DNA from: Octopus sinensis
Lineage: Eukaryota
Direction of reading: 5' to 3'
Length of the DNA stretch: 43,193 nt
NCBI RefSeq assembly: GCF_006345805.1
Contig: NW_021835047.1
Location: 1-43,193 of the forward strand
Shown here piece by piece: positions 12,133 through 24,309 of this stretch. The notes below the pieces were generated by a model. It had not been told where the DNA came from, did not search any database, and was given only the letters and a program-made list of their open reading frames with translations. Position numbers and translations under genes: made by a program. Position 1 is the stretch's first letter. Each line of letters begins with the position of its first letter.

Positions 12133-12231
12133 TAGGTCACTGTCTGGAATCGAACTCGTATATATATATACATATATATATATATATTATATATATATAT
12201 AATATATATATATACATAATATTATATGTAC

Positions 12232-12282
<51 letters not shown>

Positions 12283-12549
12283 GTACATATATATAATAAC
12301 ATATATATGTATACTATATATATATATACATACATATATATATATACATATATATATACATATATATACATCTACATACATATATATACATTATATATAT
12401 ATCTCATACATACATATATATACATATATATTTACATACATACATATACTACATATATATATACATACATATATATATATACATATATATTATATTATAT
12501 ATATACATACAACATAATATATTTATTGTATATATATATATATATATAT

Positions 12550-12592
<43 letters not shown>

Positions 12593-12605
12593 GTATAGAT
12601 GTATA

Positions 12606-12687
<82 letters not shown>

Positions 12688-12700
12688 TATATATATATGG
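12060..12700. repeat. Long degenerate (TA)n/(TACA)n tract
   Basis: Direct reading. Confidence 0.95.
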
Positions 12701-13435
12701 TCGTATATTGCTAAGGAGAGATATTAGTCTAACGAGATACTGTATGCCTTACAAATTCCTAACAAGTACGCAAAACTAGCCAAAATCAGTAATACTCGCA
12801 GAGCAACGTCTTGTCAGTCTATCGAAAGTAAATTGAAAATTTAAATCCATTCTCTTTGTAAAGAACAGGAAATCGTTCAAACGTCATTATAAAAAGAAGT
12901 CATGTGATGATAAAAAGAAAGAAAAAAGAAGAGAGAGAGAGCGAGAGAGAGAGAGGGGTGGGGGTGGGAATATAGCAATCAATTGTCGAGCAGGATTTCG
13001 TACGTGACCTAATTTTTTCCGATGCGTATTCTCCGATATCTTTAATTATTCTCCGTTGAAAGTAAGATATAAATGCCACACTTAATGTTCCCGAACCAAC
13101 TCTTGAAATAGTACGAGGTTGCAAACGAAAATAACTTCGATTTTCTCTAACAAGCTGCGCTGAGAAGATATGAAGAGATCCTTGTCTTGATAAGAAATTA
13201 CAAAATATCTCTTGCATTTTTGCGTCTTTAATTAATTAAATAAATAGTTAATTGTTTTATTAATTCTACGTTCTCCGCTATTTATATATTTTTCCAAACA
13301 CTTGTAGCTACATATATCATAGCCTAACATAATAATATAACATAGTTCTATATTTAAGAGATGAGGAATTATGTACATTATTTACGTTACTTACATTATT
13401 TACATTCGACCGAGTTCGATTCCATGCAGTGACCT

Positions 13436-13734
13436 GAATAATAATAATAATAACAATAATAATAATAATAATAATAACAATAATAATAATAATAATAATA
13501 ATGATAATAATAATGATAATAATAATAATAATGATAATAATAATAATGATAATAATAATATAATAATAATAATTAACAATAATAATAATAATAATAATGA
13601 TAATAATATAATAATATTAATAATAATAATAATAATAATAATATGATAATAATATAATAATATTATAATAATAATAATAATGATAATATAATAATATTAA
13701 CAATAATAATAATAATATAATAATAATAATGATG

Positions 13735-13770
<36 letters not shown>

Positions 13771-13774
13771 TTTG

Positions 13775-13810
<36 letters not shown>
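13436..13810. repeat. (TAA)n microsatellite
   Basis: Direct reading. Confidence 0.95.
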
Positions 13811-13857
13811 TCGAAAAATACCTTAGGAATGAGAACCAAGTTTCGAAATTTCTCGCA

Positions 13858-13903
13858 GACACCTGATGAAGGCTGGAGGGTATACCAGCCGAAACGATGT
13901 GTT
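13858..13903 (+). ncRNA. Minimal type I hammerhead-like motif in a probable PLE pseudo-LTR (~13811-13970)
   Basis: GACAC CTGATGA A GGCTGG agggtata CCAGCC GAAA C GAT GTGTT: intact core, 6-bp stem II, stem I GACAC/GTGTT. Cleavage triplet is GAT rather than NUH. Confidence 0.7.
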
Positions 13904-14139
13904 AACAACAAACAAGATGAGGACAAATATCCGTCAAATATAAATAATGTAAATAACGTATAATATACTATAATATAATATAATGCATACATGACTATAG
14001 CCTTTGTGTTGAAACGCGTAAAAGAATAAAAGAATGCATACACACACGTTTTTAAGTAGTGAATATCTGTCTTCCATATTGAAATTGTCTCAGATGAAAT
14101 CACGTGCAAGGAAAGTGCAACGGTACCTCTCCCCATTAG

Positions 14140-14371
14140 GGCGGCGAGCTGACAGAAACGTTAGCACGCCGGGTGAAATGCGTAGCCGTATTTCGTCTGT
14201 CGTTACGTTGTGAGTTCAAATTCCGCCGAGGTCGACTTTGCCTTTCATCCTTTCGGGGTCGATAAATTAAGTACCAGTTCCGCACTGGGGTCGATGTAAT
14301 CGACTTAATACCTATGTCTGTCCTTGTTTGTCCTCCTTGTGTTTAGCCCCTTGTAGGTAATAAAGAAATAG
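14140..14371 (+). mobile_element. tRNA-derived SINE family B (Meta-domain-like), full length
   Basis: GGCGGCGAGCTG.CAGAAACGTTAGC head, B-box-like GAGTTCAAATTCC, GAGGTCGACTTTGCCTTTCATCCTTTCGGGGTCGATAAATTAAGTACCAG core, TAAAGAAATAG end; many copies in the window. Confidence 0.9.
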
Positions 14372-14399
14372 GTACATCTCCCCATTTATTTAACCGACA

Positions 14400-15145
14400 C
14401 TTCCCCCAGATTCCTATTGGATCTTCGTACTCTTTCGGACTCTACCGCCATGGATCTTACCGGCTATTTTCGCTGATGTATATCGCACTAATCTACCACG
14501 ACCTTTGAACTTTCTGAACTTTTGAACTTCGTACATTAATAACTGCCATTTTCTCTCGTTTGTTTCCTATTTTTAAATCTTTTTTCTTCTATCCCTCTTC
14601 CCAGCATCCCTATCATAAATCCTCCGCCGACCATCTACACAATCGCACCAAAAATCACCCCACTACGCTTCCCTTCCGTTGCTTTCAACCTTCTATTAAT
14701 CTTTCCCGAAACATTTCCAAATAAAAGCGATTCTCTAGTCACGTTTCCTCTCTCAGCCGCTGCCTTCATCACATCCTCATCGCAAATGCTTCCTCCTCCA
14801 TTTCCACCATGCTTCTCATTCTGCTTCTACCTTCTTACACACCCTCTGTTCCACTTCCTGCCGCGTCATGCGTGCCAACATCCGTTCTAATCTCTCCAAA
14901 ATACACACCCTTCACCACCTTCTCCCTCTTGCTTATTCCCCTATCTTCTCCTGCTGCACACCGTCCGTCGCTAACTCCAGCTTACGCTTCATTCTCCACC
15001 TAAACCACTTTCTACACGACTCTCTTGCTCGCACTAAACAATCGCCGAAGTGCGTAGGCTCGAAATGTCAGAAACTTTCCCATTCTTTCCGAGCGTTAAA
15101 CTGATACCCTTGCTTGTTGTCCTTCGCTTGTCTTCATCTTTTGTT

Positions 15146-15150
<5 letters not shown>
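14400..15150 (+). mobile_element. Decayed Penelope-like element ending in a pseudo-LTR
   Basis: CT-rich body; FILHLNHFLHD loosely resembles a GIY-YIG terminus; 15041-15075 carries GCGTAGGCTCGAAATGTC as at 23190 and 28170; shares the GTCTTC.TCTTTTGTTTT end with 28260. Confidence 0.5.
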
Positions 15151-15190
<40 letters not shown>

Positions 15191-15192
<2 letters not shown>

Positions 15193-15397
15193 TCGAGACA
15201 AAACCACTATTTTAAAACCAAACAAGGAAAGACTTAATCAATACATAAAATTTTAATATAAATTAAATAAACCGCCACTACAAATGTTTCATGTCTGCTA
15301 CTGACCATCTTCAATGGATTTTCGATCTTCTAATCAGTATCAAATTTTGATTAAGTCTTTCCTTGTTTGATTTTAAAATAGTGGTTTTGTCTCGAAT
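15191..15397. mobile_element. Fold-back element with 51-bp inverted arms and a hammerhead-like motif in the loop
   Basis: 15191-15241 and 15347-15397 are inverted with 1 mismatch. Minus-strand 15282-15318 reads TTGAAGA TGGTC agtagca GACAT GAAA CATTT. Confidence 0.65.
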
Positions 15398-15508
15398 TAT
15401 ATTATATTATTTTACTATAAAATTGGATTTAACCCTAATCTGATTTTTTCCCTGTAATTTTGGATTCATTCCCTAATATTTATTATTATTATTTAATATA
15501 TATATATG

Positions 15509-15546
<38 letters not shown>

Positions 15547-15547
15547 C

Positions 15548-16014
15548 GCGAGAAAGAAGCAACAAGAATGGATAGGTTTTTAGTACAATCGTTTCATACA
15601 AGGACAGGCTTTATTAAATGTTGCAAAAATTACAGCATATAAACGTGTCCCGTACTCATCAGCTAAAATACATGTGAGTTCTCTAGACATCCTAGTGGTT
15701 GAGGCTATACTCATGAAGTAATGTAGATAATTAAGTAACATAAATAGATTTCCAAAGTTCATTAAAGTTCTTTAAGATGATGTACAGTCTTATCACAGAA
15801 TTTAAAAAAAAAATCTGTTTATGTTACTTAATTATCTACATTACTTCATGAGTATAGCCTCAACCACTAGGATGTCTAGAGAACTCACATGTATTTTAGC
15901 TGATGAGTACGGGACACGTTTATATGCTGTAATTTTTGCAACATTTAATAAAGCCTGTCCTTGTATGAACCGATTGTACTAAAAACCTATCCATTCTTGT
16001 TGCTTCTTTCTCGC
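15548..16014. repeat. Near-perfect long inverted repeat, 204-bp arms and 59-bp spacer
   Basis: 15548-15751 is the reverse complement of 15811-16014, with 2 mismatches seen by eye. Confidence 0.95.
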
Positions 16015-16139
16015 TTATAATCATCCCACTTACTGTATTGTTAAAAAAGTATAGTTTTTTTTGGTGCATCTAAGTTAGGTACCATATTCAAGTAAATTCA
16101 TTTAAATTAACTTGAATCTTTATTGCTTTTTGTATATAT

Positions 16140-16171
<32 letters not shown>

Positions 16172-16837
16172 ATTTACTGTCTTACATTCCTCCCCACCAT
16201 AACCAGAAACTATAAAATGATTAAAATCCCCAGCAAAGGAACTTATTATCATTTGAAAACCCCACTAGAATGGGAGAAAGCGCTAATGAACTTAGTGATA
16301 TGATATATATGTAAAAAATGTAATATATAAATAAATAAATATCTGTAAATACAAACCATCCGATCTTCTGATTACCTCATTTCTTCTAATATATATACAT
16401 ATATATATATAACTTATAAAATAAGGGCAAAAGAAAAAATTCTAATGCCAAATATGCCGAAAAAAAGACAAAATTGTCAATAACCATTATAATTTATGCG
16501 TCTCGAAACAAGCCGATAGAAATTTCTAAAAAATCCGTTATTACCGTATTGGTTCCAATTTCGGGGTTAATTCATAAGAATTTCCCTCTCTTCAGCGATA
16601 AATATGTAAGACATAAATGAAATACTTACTCATACCCATGGAAAAAGCAAGTACTAAGTCCTGCGCAGACCTAAGTACCCCAAATATATCCAAAATAGAA
16701 AATCTTCGGCACATCTCAAGACACGTGTGATTCGAACTAGAAACTTTCACAGAGTGAGAGAATTCGGAAGTGAACACTTAAATTTACAATATGCTGGCCA
16801 TTGATAAAATTTTTTTTTCGAAAAAGATTTTATCCTA

Positions 16838-16960
<123 letters not shown>

Positions 16961-17099
16961 GGATTATCAGAAGTGTTCTAAGCCTTTTGAAAGACTACTG
17001 AAAACGTGTGGATACCTAAGTTTGCAGGCTGTAAACCGTTAACCACATAAACTTGCCAGGAATAAAACGAAACCTTAGTTTTGTTTCCTGTTCAACTGT

Positions 17100-17310
17100 A
17101 GGCACAAGGTCCAAAATTTTGAGGGAGGGGGTCTGGTCGCGTACATCAACTCCAGTATTTCTCTGGTATTTAATTTATCGATCCCTGACCTCGAAAGGAT
17201 GAAAAGCAAAAGTCGACCTCGGTGGAATTTGAACTCAGACCGTAAAGACGCACAAAATGCCTATAACCATTTGTACCCGACGCGCTAAGGATTCTGCCAT
17301 CTTGCCACTG
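17100..17310 (-). mobile_element. SINE family B variant, degenerate
   Basis: AAAGTCGACCTCGGTGGAATTTGAACTCAG on + is the reverse complement of the family B core. Confidence 0.8.
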
Positions 17311-17618
17311 TAAACATCCTTAATATTAACAAAAAAATCGGCGGTGACATGTGAAAATCAGAAATAACGATATCACCCCCACCAAAACAAAGGCAATTTA
17401 ATTAAAATCGGTGCTACATCCATTACAAGAAAAACCACTCAGAGACATTAATTGCTTACATCTGAACTTATTACTAAATCTGCTGATTAAACACCGCCAT
17501 TTATTACTGATGAGAACATACATCGAAGATATTGTCTTCGTGAATGACTTGAGACTATAACAATGCTTGTATGATATATCCGCAATATGAATAACTTAAG
17601 AATATAACAATGGGTAAT

Positions 17619-17995
17619 GGATGGAAGCACTCCGTCGATTACGACGACGAGGTTTCCGGTTGATCCGATCAACAGAACAGCCTGCTCGTGAAATTAACGT
17701 GCAAGTGGCTGAGCACTCCACAGACACGTGTACCCTTAACGTAGTTCTCGGGGATATTGAGCGTGACAAGGCCGGCCCTTTGAAATACAGGTACAACAGA
17801 AACAGGAAGTAAGAGTGAGAGAAAGTTGTGGTGAAAGAGTACAGCAGGGATCACCACCATCCCCTGCCGGAGCCTCGTCGAGCTTTTAGGTGTTTTCGCT
17901 CAATAAACACTCACAGCGCCCGGTCTGGGAATCGAAACCGCCATCCTACGACTGCGAGTCCGCTGCCCTAACCACTGGGCTATTGCGCCTCCTAC
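17619..17995 (-). mobile_element. tRNA-derived SINE family C, full length with 13-bp TSD
   Basis: Minus head GGAGGCGCAATAGCCCAGTGGTTAGGGCAGCGGACTCGC...GGTTTCGATTCCC with A and B boxes; TSD AACAATGGGTAAT at 17606-17618 and 17996-18008. Confidence 0.95.
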
Positions 17996-18164
17996 AACAA
18001 TGGGTAATAGTCAGTTGGAAAAGCTACTAAAATTCTGTTAATGCCTCCGGATGAGCACGGAATTGCATAAGTGTGCCAACGCTAATGTAAGAAGGTGTAA
18101 ATACTTTGAAATTTCTAACGTTAAATTAGATAGAGACCAGAATGAAAACTACACTTATAAATCA

Positions 18165-18472
18165 CTGTGATCACTGACCGACCAGGCTATCAGATGTTGC
18201 TACACATCGCTGGTCACAATGCGCTTCGCATTGTTTTAGCCTTCAAATGACGCCACCACGCTGGCTAAGAGATCAGGCCAACAGAAGAAAGAGTGAGCGA
18301 AAGTTGTGGTGAAAGAGTAAATCAGGGATCGCCACTACGCCCTGCCGGAGTCTCGTGGAGCTTTAGGTGTTTTCGCTCAATAAACACTCACAACGCCCGG
18401 TCTGGGTATCGAAACCGCGATCCTACGACCTCGAGTCCGCTGCCCTAACCACTGAGCCATTGCGCTTCCACA
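18165..18472 (-). mobile_element. SINE family C-prime: same head as family C with a different 3' body
   Basis: ~18290-18470 is nearly identical to ~17812-17993, while 18165-18285 is unrelated to 17619-17810. Confidence 0.85.
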
Positions 18473-18583
18473 CTACTGAGAAGACGCAACGCAAACATGA
18501 AAGAAAAAACGGAGAAATGAATCAGACAACTATTATGGAGTGAACAAACGCTAGAAATAAAGAGCGCCTATAAATATGCAAGT

Positions 18584-18840
18584 GAAGGCACTTGGCCTAG
18601 TGGTTGTGGTGTAGCGCTCATGATAGTACGCTCATTGTTTCGATTCCAGGAGAGGGCGGTATGTTGTCTTCACCAAAATATTTCATGTCACGTTGCGCCA
18701 GTCAACGCAGCTGTAAACGCCTTCCAGAATTAGCTAGGAAGTTAACGTTGTGATGGACTAGCGTCCCGTCCAGTGTGTAGTGCTGTAATCTCAGTTATTT
18801 ACATAACATGGAAACCTGGTTAAGCTGTGGCCTTATGGTT
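18584..18840 (+). mobile_element. tRNA-derived SINE family D, degenerate
   Basis: Head GAAGGCACTTGGCCTAGTGGTT...GTTTCGATTCC; body GTGATGGACTAGCGTCCCGTCCAG resembles the V-SINE/DANA-type motif (recalled, not verified). Confidence 0.6.
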
Positions 18841-19272
18841 TTTAGGGCTTATTAAAAACTAAAAAAAAAACGATAGGCACCCAGTCGAAAGTTATACTTT
18901 AAACAATAAACAATAAACTGGAAGTTTAGTAAATGAAAGAGATTGGAGAAATAAACGAACATAAAACAAGAAATTACTGAAATGTTTTCGAGCTCCCACT
19001 CCTAAAATTTATATCGATTTACCGCTTCCCTAAAATTGCTGGCATTGTGTCAAAATTTGAAAGTAATACAAGTACATCAAAAATAGTTTTGTAGAGATTT
19101 GGCATGTATTTTATTGTATCTGTCCTGGGGTGGACGGAAAGCAACGTTGACATCGGGGAATTTGAACTGAAAAACGTAAGCTCTGGGAAAAAATAGTGTT
19201 AGGCATTTTGTTCGATGGTTAACAATTCTGCCTGCTCGCCATCTAACAACTGTTAATATATTATAAGATTAG

Positions 19273-19900
19273 GGCGGAGAGCTGGCAGAAACGTTAGCAC
19301 GTCGGGCGAAATGCTTTGTAGTATTTCGCCCGCCGCTACGTTCTGAGTTCAAATTCCGCCGAGGTCGACTTTGCCTTTCAACCTTTCGGGGTCGATAAAT
19401 TAAGTACCAGTTACGCACTGGGGTCAATATAATCGACTTAATTCCTTTGTCTGTCCTTGTTTGTCCCCTCTATGTTTAGCCCCTTGTGGGTAGTAAAGAA
19501 ATAAGAAATGTTAGCAGCGAAATGCTTAGCAGTATTTCGTCTGCCGTTACGTTCTGAGTTCAAATTCCGCTGAGGTCGATTGCGCCTTTCTTCCTTACGG
19601 GGTCGATAAATTAAGCACCAGTTGCGCACTGGGGTCGATCTAATCGACTGGCCCCGTCCTCCAAAAATTTCGGGCCTTGTGCCTGGAGTAAGATAGATGG
19701 CAGAATCATATTCGCACCAGAAAAGATGCTTCGCGTAATTTCTGCTGTTTACGTCCTGAGGTCAAATGCTGCCGCAGTCGATTTCAGTTTTCATTCTTTC
19801 GGGAACAACAAATTAAGTATGATTTGAAGAGTGGGGGTGGATGTAATCGATTACCCCTCTCTTCGATGTAGATGACTTTGTGTCAAGGTTTGTAATACCA
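19273..19900 (+). mobile_element. Three head-to-tail SINE family B units
   Basis: The GTTCTGAGTTCAAATTCCGC core repeats at ~19340 and ~19550, with a degenerate third unit at ~19750. Confidence 0.85.
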
Positions 19901-20139
19901 TCAGATAAGTTAGACAGAGACTCATTCCACAAAATAGCTGTAAATGGTTTTGAAACTATCATTAAAATATTATCTTGCAAAAATAATTAAACATTAAAAA
20001 ATTTTGCCGATGTCCTCCAAGGTAAACAGCTCCTTTCAAAGTGCAAAATGGAACTTTTGATGCAAACGTAAAAATATGGGTAATAATAACAACAACAACA
20101 ACAACAACAACAACAATAATAATAATAATAATAATAATA

Positions 20140-20340
20140 TTTAAATTTTGCCACAAGGGCAATTTTGGATGGGGATGAGTTGATTACACCGATCTGTGTT
20201 TCGCTGGTACTTAATTTATCGACCCCGAAAGGATGAAAGGTAAAGTCGATCTACGCGGAATTTGAACTCAGAACATAAAGACGGACGAAATACCACTAAG
20301 CATTTTGCTCACCGCGCAAACGATTCTGCCAGCTCACCAC
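20140..20340 (-). mobile_element. SINE family B variant
   Basis: TGGTACTTAATTTATCGACCCCGAAAGGATGAAAGG...GAATTTGAACTCAGAAC on +. Confidence 0.85.
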
Positions 20341-21105
20341 TTAAAAAAAAAATAGTATTAATAATAAACTATGATCCAGAAGCTTAAATACGATAACCAA
20401 ATACGATAACCAACAAAAAATTGTTCTCGTGTGTACTGTCCTCACCTAAAGAAAAGTACAGTTGATCTAAGAATATCTGATTCTCTTAAGACTCTTTCAA
20501 ATTTGAAATAATACAAATTCACAGACACATGGTTCTCACAATCTGGTTTTCTTTCCTTACGGCATATCATTGCAAATCGTGAATAACACCCACTTTTATA
20601 CGCACAGCTTTAACCGTTACATGGAGTTTATGAATGAGACAGGGCACACCTTATATAAAACAGAGCAACGACAATAGATAATAATTACAATAATAAAATA
20701 GAAATTTCAGTGAAAGATATACATCACACATATCTGTAGCGACATTCAACGAAAAGGTTCTTCGTGCATTTATACTTAAAACAAAAAAATACGTAGTTTT
20801 AAACTTCAAATCGCATATTACCACTGACTAGAAAAGAAGGACTGCATAAAAACAGTAATAAAAATGTTGATATGTGTGTGTGTGCATGTATATATTCATG
20901 CATATATATACATGCATATATACACATGCATATTTATACATGTATATATACACATGCATATATATACATGTATATATATATACATGCATATATATATATA
21001 AATATATATACATGTATATATATACAAGCATATATATAAATGCATATATATATACAAGTATATATATAAATACATACATACATACATATATATATATATA
21101 AATAC

Positions 21106-21189
<84 letters not shown>

Positions 21190-21190
<1 letters not shown>

Positions 21191-21606
21191 GGCGCAGGAG
21201 TGGCTGTGTGGTAAGTAGCTTGCTAACCAACCACATGGTTCCGGGTTCAGTCCCACTGCGTGGCATCTTGGGCAAGTGTCTTTGCTATAGCCCCGGGCCG
21301 ACCAATGCCTTGTGAGTGGATTGGTAGACGGGAACTGAAGAAGCCTGTCGTATATATGTGTGTTATATATGTATGGGTGTGTGTTTGTGTGTCTGTGTTT
21401 GTCCCCCTAGCATTGCTTGACAACCGATGCTGGTGTGTTTATGTCCCCGTTACTTAGCGGTTCGGCAAACGAGACGATAGCATAGTACTGGGCTTACAAA
21501 AAAAGAATAAGTCCCCCGGGGTCGAGTCGACTCGACTAAAGGCGGTGCTCCAGCATGGCCGCAGTCAAAGGACTGAAACAAGTAAAAGAGTAAAGAGTAA
21601 AAGAGT
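21190..21606 (+). mobile_element. SINE family A, full length, inserted in (TA)n
   Basis: Matches 1052-1470; flanked by (TA)n. Confidence 0.9.
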
Positions 21607-21702
21607 ATATATATACATTACACTTTTAATACTTTTGATATTTAAAAAAAAAATAAACAAATAAATTAATTAATAAATAAAATAATATATAAATATAAAA
21701 AT

Positions 21703-21737
<35 letters not shown>

Positions 21738-21957
21738 AAATTTATAAGTTTAAATTATTTAAATAATTTTTTATTTTTAACTTTTATATTTTAAAATTAG
21801 TTTTATGTCTTTCACTGTTTGATTTGCCTAATAGTGGTTTATCTCTAATTTAATATAATATAATATATTTATACTATAAAATTGGATTTAACTAAATCTA
21901 ATTTTCCCGTAAGTTTGGAGTTATTCCTAATATTATTATATATATGTATATATATAG

Positions 21958-22056
<99 letters not shown>

Positions 22057-22140
22057 TATATATTATATATATGTATGCATGTATATATCTCTATTTTTAT
22101 ACATATATATGCATGTATGTCTATATATGGTCTATCTATA

Positions 22141-22179
<39 letters not shown>

Positions 22180-22949
22180 CATATATGCAACCGATCTCAT
22201 TTTCGATATTTGTATTGTAACGTCGAGTTTATACGATGTTTATCAGAAACTGATACAGAAAAAGACTCAAATTAAATTCTATTAGTCACACAATAATATT
22301 TCTTTGAATAACTACGACGCTGATATGGAACCATTGAGCAGTCTTTGGGAAACTAATGATCATATCTATGTAAAGAATAATAAGACTCTTGGGAATTATG
22401 CTGATTAAATAAACAATCATTATTTACGTAGACATGAAGACTACTCTTCATAGACGAGGACATCAATAGGTCAGATATCCACATCTTTCCTATCGGTGGT
22501 ATACGTGAAGTGAAATGGCTAATTCGAAATTTTAAACAGTCGCATGCACTCGTATCTTCCTGACTATCATTTATAAACTCTATGTTTGTCGTCATTATAT
22601 ATTCAAACAACGATTTCTCACGGAAATTTTTCTCTTTCTATTTATTATTTATTCAAATAATAAGCATGGAAGAAAAAATTTCAACGAGAAATCATTAGGG
22701 ACCCTCGAAATAATAGTGGAAAATATTCTGAATATATGCAAATGCCATATCAATTAACCTACATAGAATAGAGTTTAACCTATATAGGCAAGCATTATTA
22801 AAATCTATGTGGACATGCTCTCTACTACTGCGTAAAATATTCGTGAGCAAAATGCATTCAGACTCTCAATGACAACGCTGGATAAAACTGTATAAAATTT
22901 TCTAGCTTTAGTATAACAAAAATACTCTAATGGAAGAAGGGTTACTGGG

Positions 22950-23060
22950 TTACATTGGCCCCAGTGCTTTACTAGAACTTATTCTTGTCGACACCAAAAT
23001 GTGTGGGTTAATGTTGGCTTCAGCGGAATTTGAACTCAGAATGTAGAATTTAGGTAAAAA
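22950..23060 (-). mobile_element. SINE family B fragment, degenerate
   Basis: GGCCCCAGTGC...TCGAC...GCGGAATTTGAACTCAGAA on +. Confidence 0.6.
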
Positions 23061-23189
23061 TGGTGCTGACGTCACAAATAATATATATATAACGGGAAGC
23101 TTTATGAAAATAAACAAAAGACGAAGGCAGGTGGAATACAAATAAACAATTGTATTAGTATGACGCCCAGGAATATAAATAAAACAAGT

Positions 23190-23225
23190 CTTTTACGTTT
23201 CGAGCCTACGCTCTTCAACAGAAAG
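23190..23225 (-). ncRNA. Minimal hammerhead-like motif (A6U core variant) in a probable PLE pseudo-LTR (~23100-23290)
   Basis: Minus strand: CTTT CTGTTGA A GAGC gtag GCTC GAAA C GTA AAAG; stem I CTTT/AAAG, stem II GAGC/GCTC, GUA site. Confidence 0.65.
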
Positions 23226-23528
23226 ATACATAGAAAAGAAACACGGAGAGAAACAAGGAAAAAAAAAAGAAAAAAAATGCGTGCAGAAGCTAGCGAATCA
23301 ACATATATATACATGTGTGTTGTGTGTGTGTGTGTGTGTTGTGTGTGTGTGTTGTGTGGTGTGTGTGTGTGTATTCATACATGCATATTATATATATAAT
23401 ATATATATATATATATATTATATATAGTTAATCCAAGCATGAAAACACAAAGAGAAAACACAACACACGCGAGGACGTGGAACAAGTATAGTGTTATTGG
23501 ACGCTCAGGTAAGAAGGAAAGAAGAAGG

Positions 23529-23563
23529 GTTTAACGTTTCGAGTGGAGCTCTTCGTTAGAAAC
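23529..23563 (-). ncRNA. Degenerate minimal hammerhead-like motif in a probable PLE pseudo-LTR (~23470-23640)
   Basis: Minus strand: GTTT CTAACGA A GAG ctcca CTC GAAA C GTT AAAC; G5 is mutated. Confidence 0.55.
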
Positions 23564-23649
23564 ATAGGAAAAGGAAAGATCCAAAGAAGGTAAGACGTAG
23601 GAAAAAAATCGCCAACGGTACACACGCGGTCACATACAATACGGACTCT

Positions 23650-23937
23650 CCCGTCGTTAGACGACGTATAAGGTCTCTGTAATTTCTTAGCGAACAACCA
23701 CACAGAAAATTTGTTTATAGTGATCAAATGTTTGTATACACATAAGTTCACTCGCTCCATCAGATCGACATTACCTGTACAGGTACACCATGTGCCGCAT
23801 GTCAGATGACGAAATGATTGCAGAGTAACATGAAATGAATTGCTATGCTCAAGAACACAAGCAGCGCCCGGTCTGGGAAGTGAACCCACGATTTCGCAAT
23901 CGTGAGTGCAACAACGTAACCATTGAGTCATGCACCT
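23650..23937 (-). mobile_element. SINE family C-related copy, degenerate
   Basis: CAGCGCCCGGTCTGGGAAGTGAACCCACG head and CTCCCGTCGTTAGACGACG tail resemble 17619-17995. Confidence 0.7.
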
Positions 23938-23940
23938 TAC

Positions 23941-23975
<35 letters not shown>

Positions 23976-23980
23976 TATAC

Positions 23981-24196
23981 ATTTCTTTACTACCCACAAG
24001 GGGCTACACACAGAGGGGACAAATTAGGACAGACAAACGGATTACGTCGACCCCAGTGCGTAACTGGTACTTAATTTATCGACCCCAAAAGGATGAAAGG
24101 CAAAGTCGACCTCGGCGGAATTTGAACTCAGAACGTAACGGCAGACGAAATACAGCTACGCATTTCGCCCAGCGTGCTAACGTTTCTGCCAGCTCG
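23981..24196 (-). mobile_element. SINE family B, full length
   Basis: Reverse complement of 14140-14371. Confidence 0.9.
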
Positions 24197-24231
24197 ACAC
24201 ACATCCATCCATCCATCCATCCATCCATCCA

Positions 24232-24264
<33 letters not shown>

Positions 24265-24309
24265 TATAGATAAAGGCTAGCAAAAACCAATGCAGTCATT
24301 TATAATATA

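Noticed and set aside
12954-12968. GGGGTGGGGGTGGG as a G-quadruplex
   Set aside because: Only three G-runs.
12900-13217. 105-aa minus ORF
   Set aside because: No recognisable motif or splice signals, and it runs into a GA repeat; compatible with chance.
17495-17540. CTGATGA GA acataca TC GAAG as a hammerhead
   Set aside because: GAAA is altered, stem II is only 2 bp, and there is no convincing stem I or NUH; likely chance.
17920-17995. tRNA-like sequence with A and B boxes
   Set aside because: It is the head of a TSD-flanked SINE and does not form a complete cloverleaf; the same applies to the other SINE heads.
22353-22610. 85-aa minus ORF in unique sequence
   Set aside because: No recognisable domain or convincing exon boundaries.
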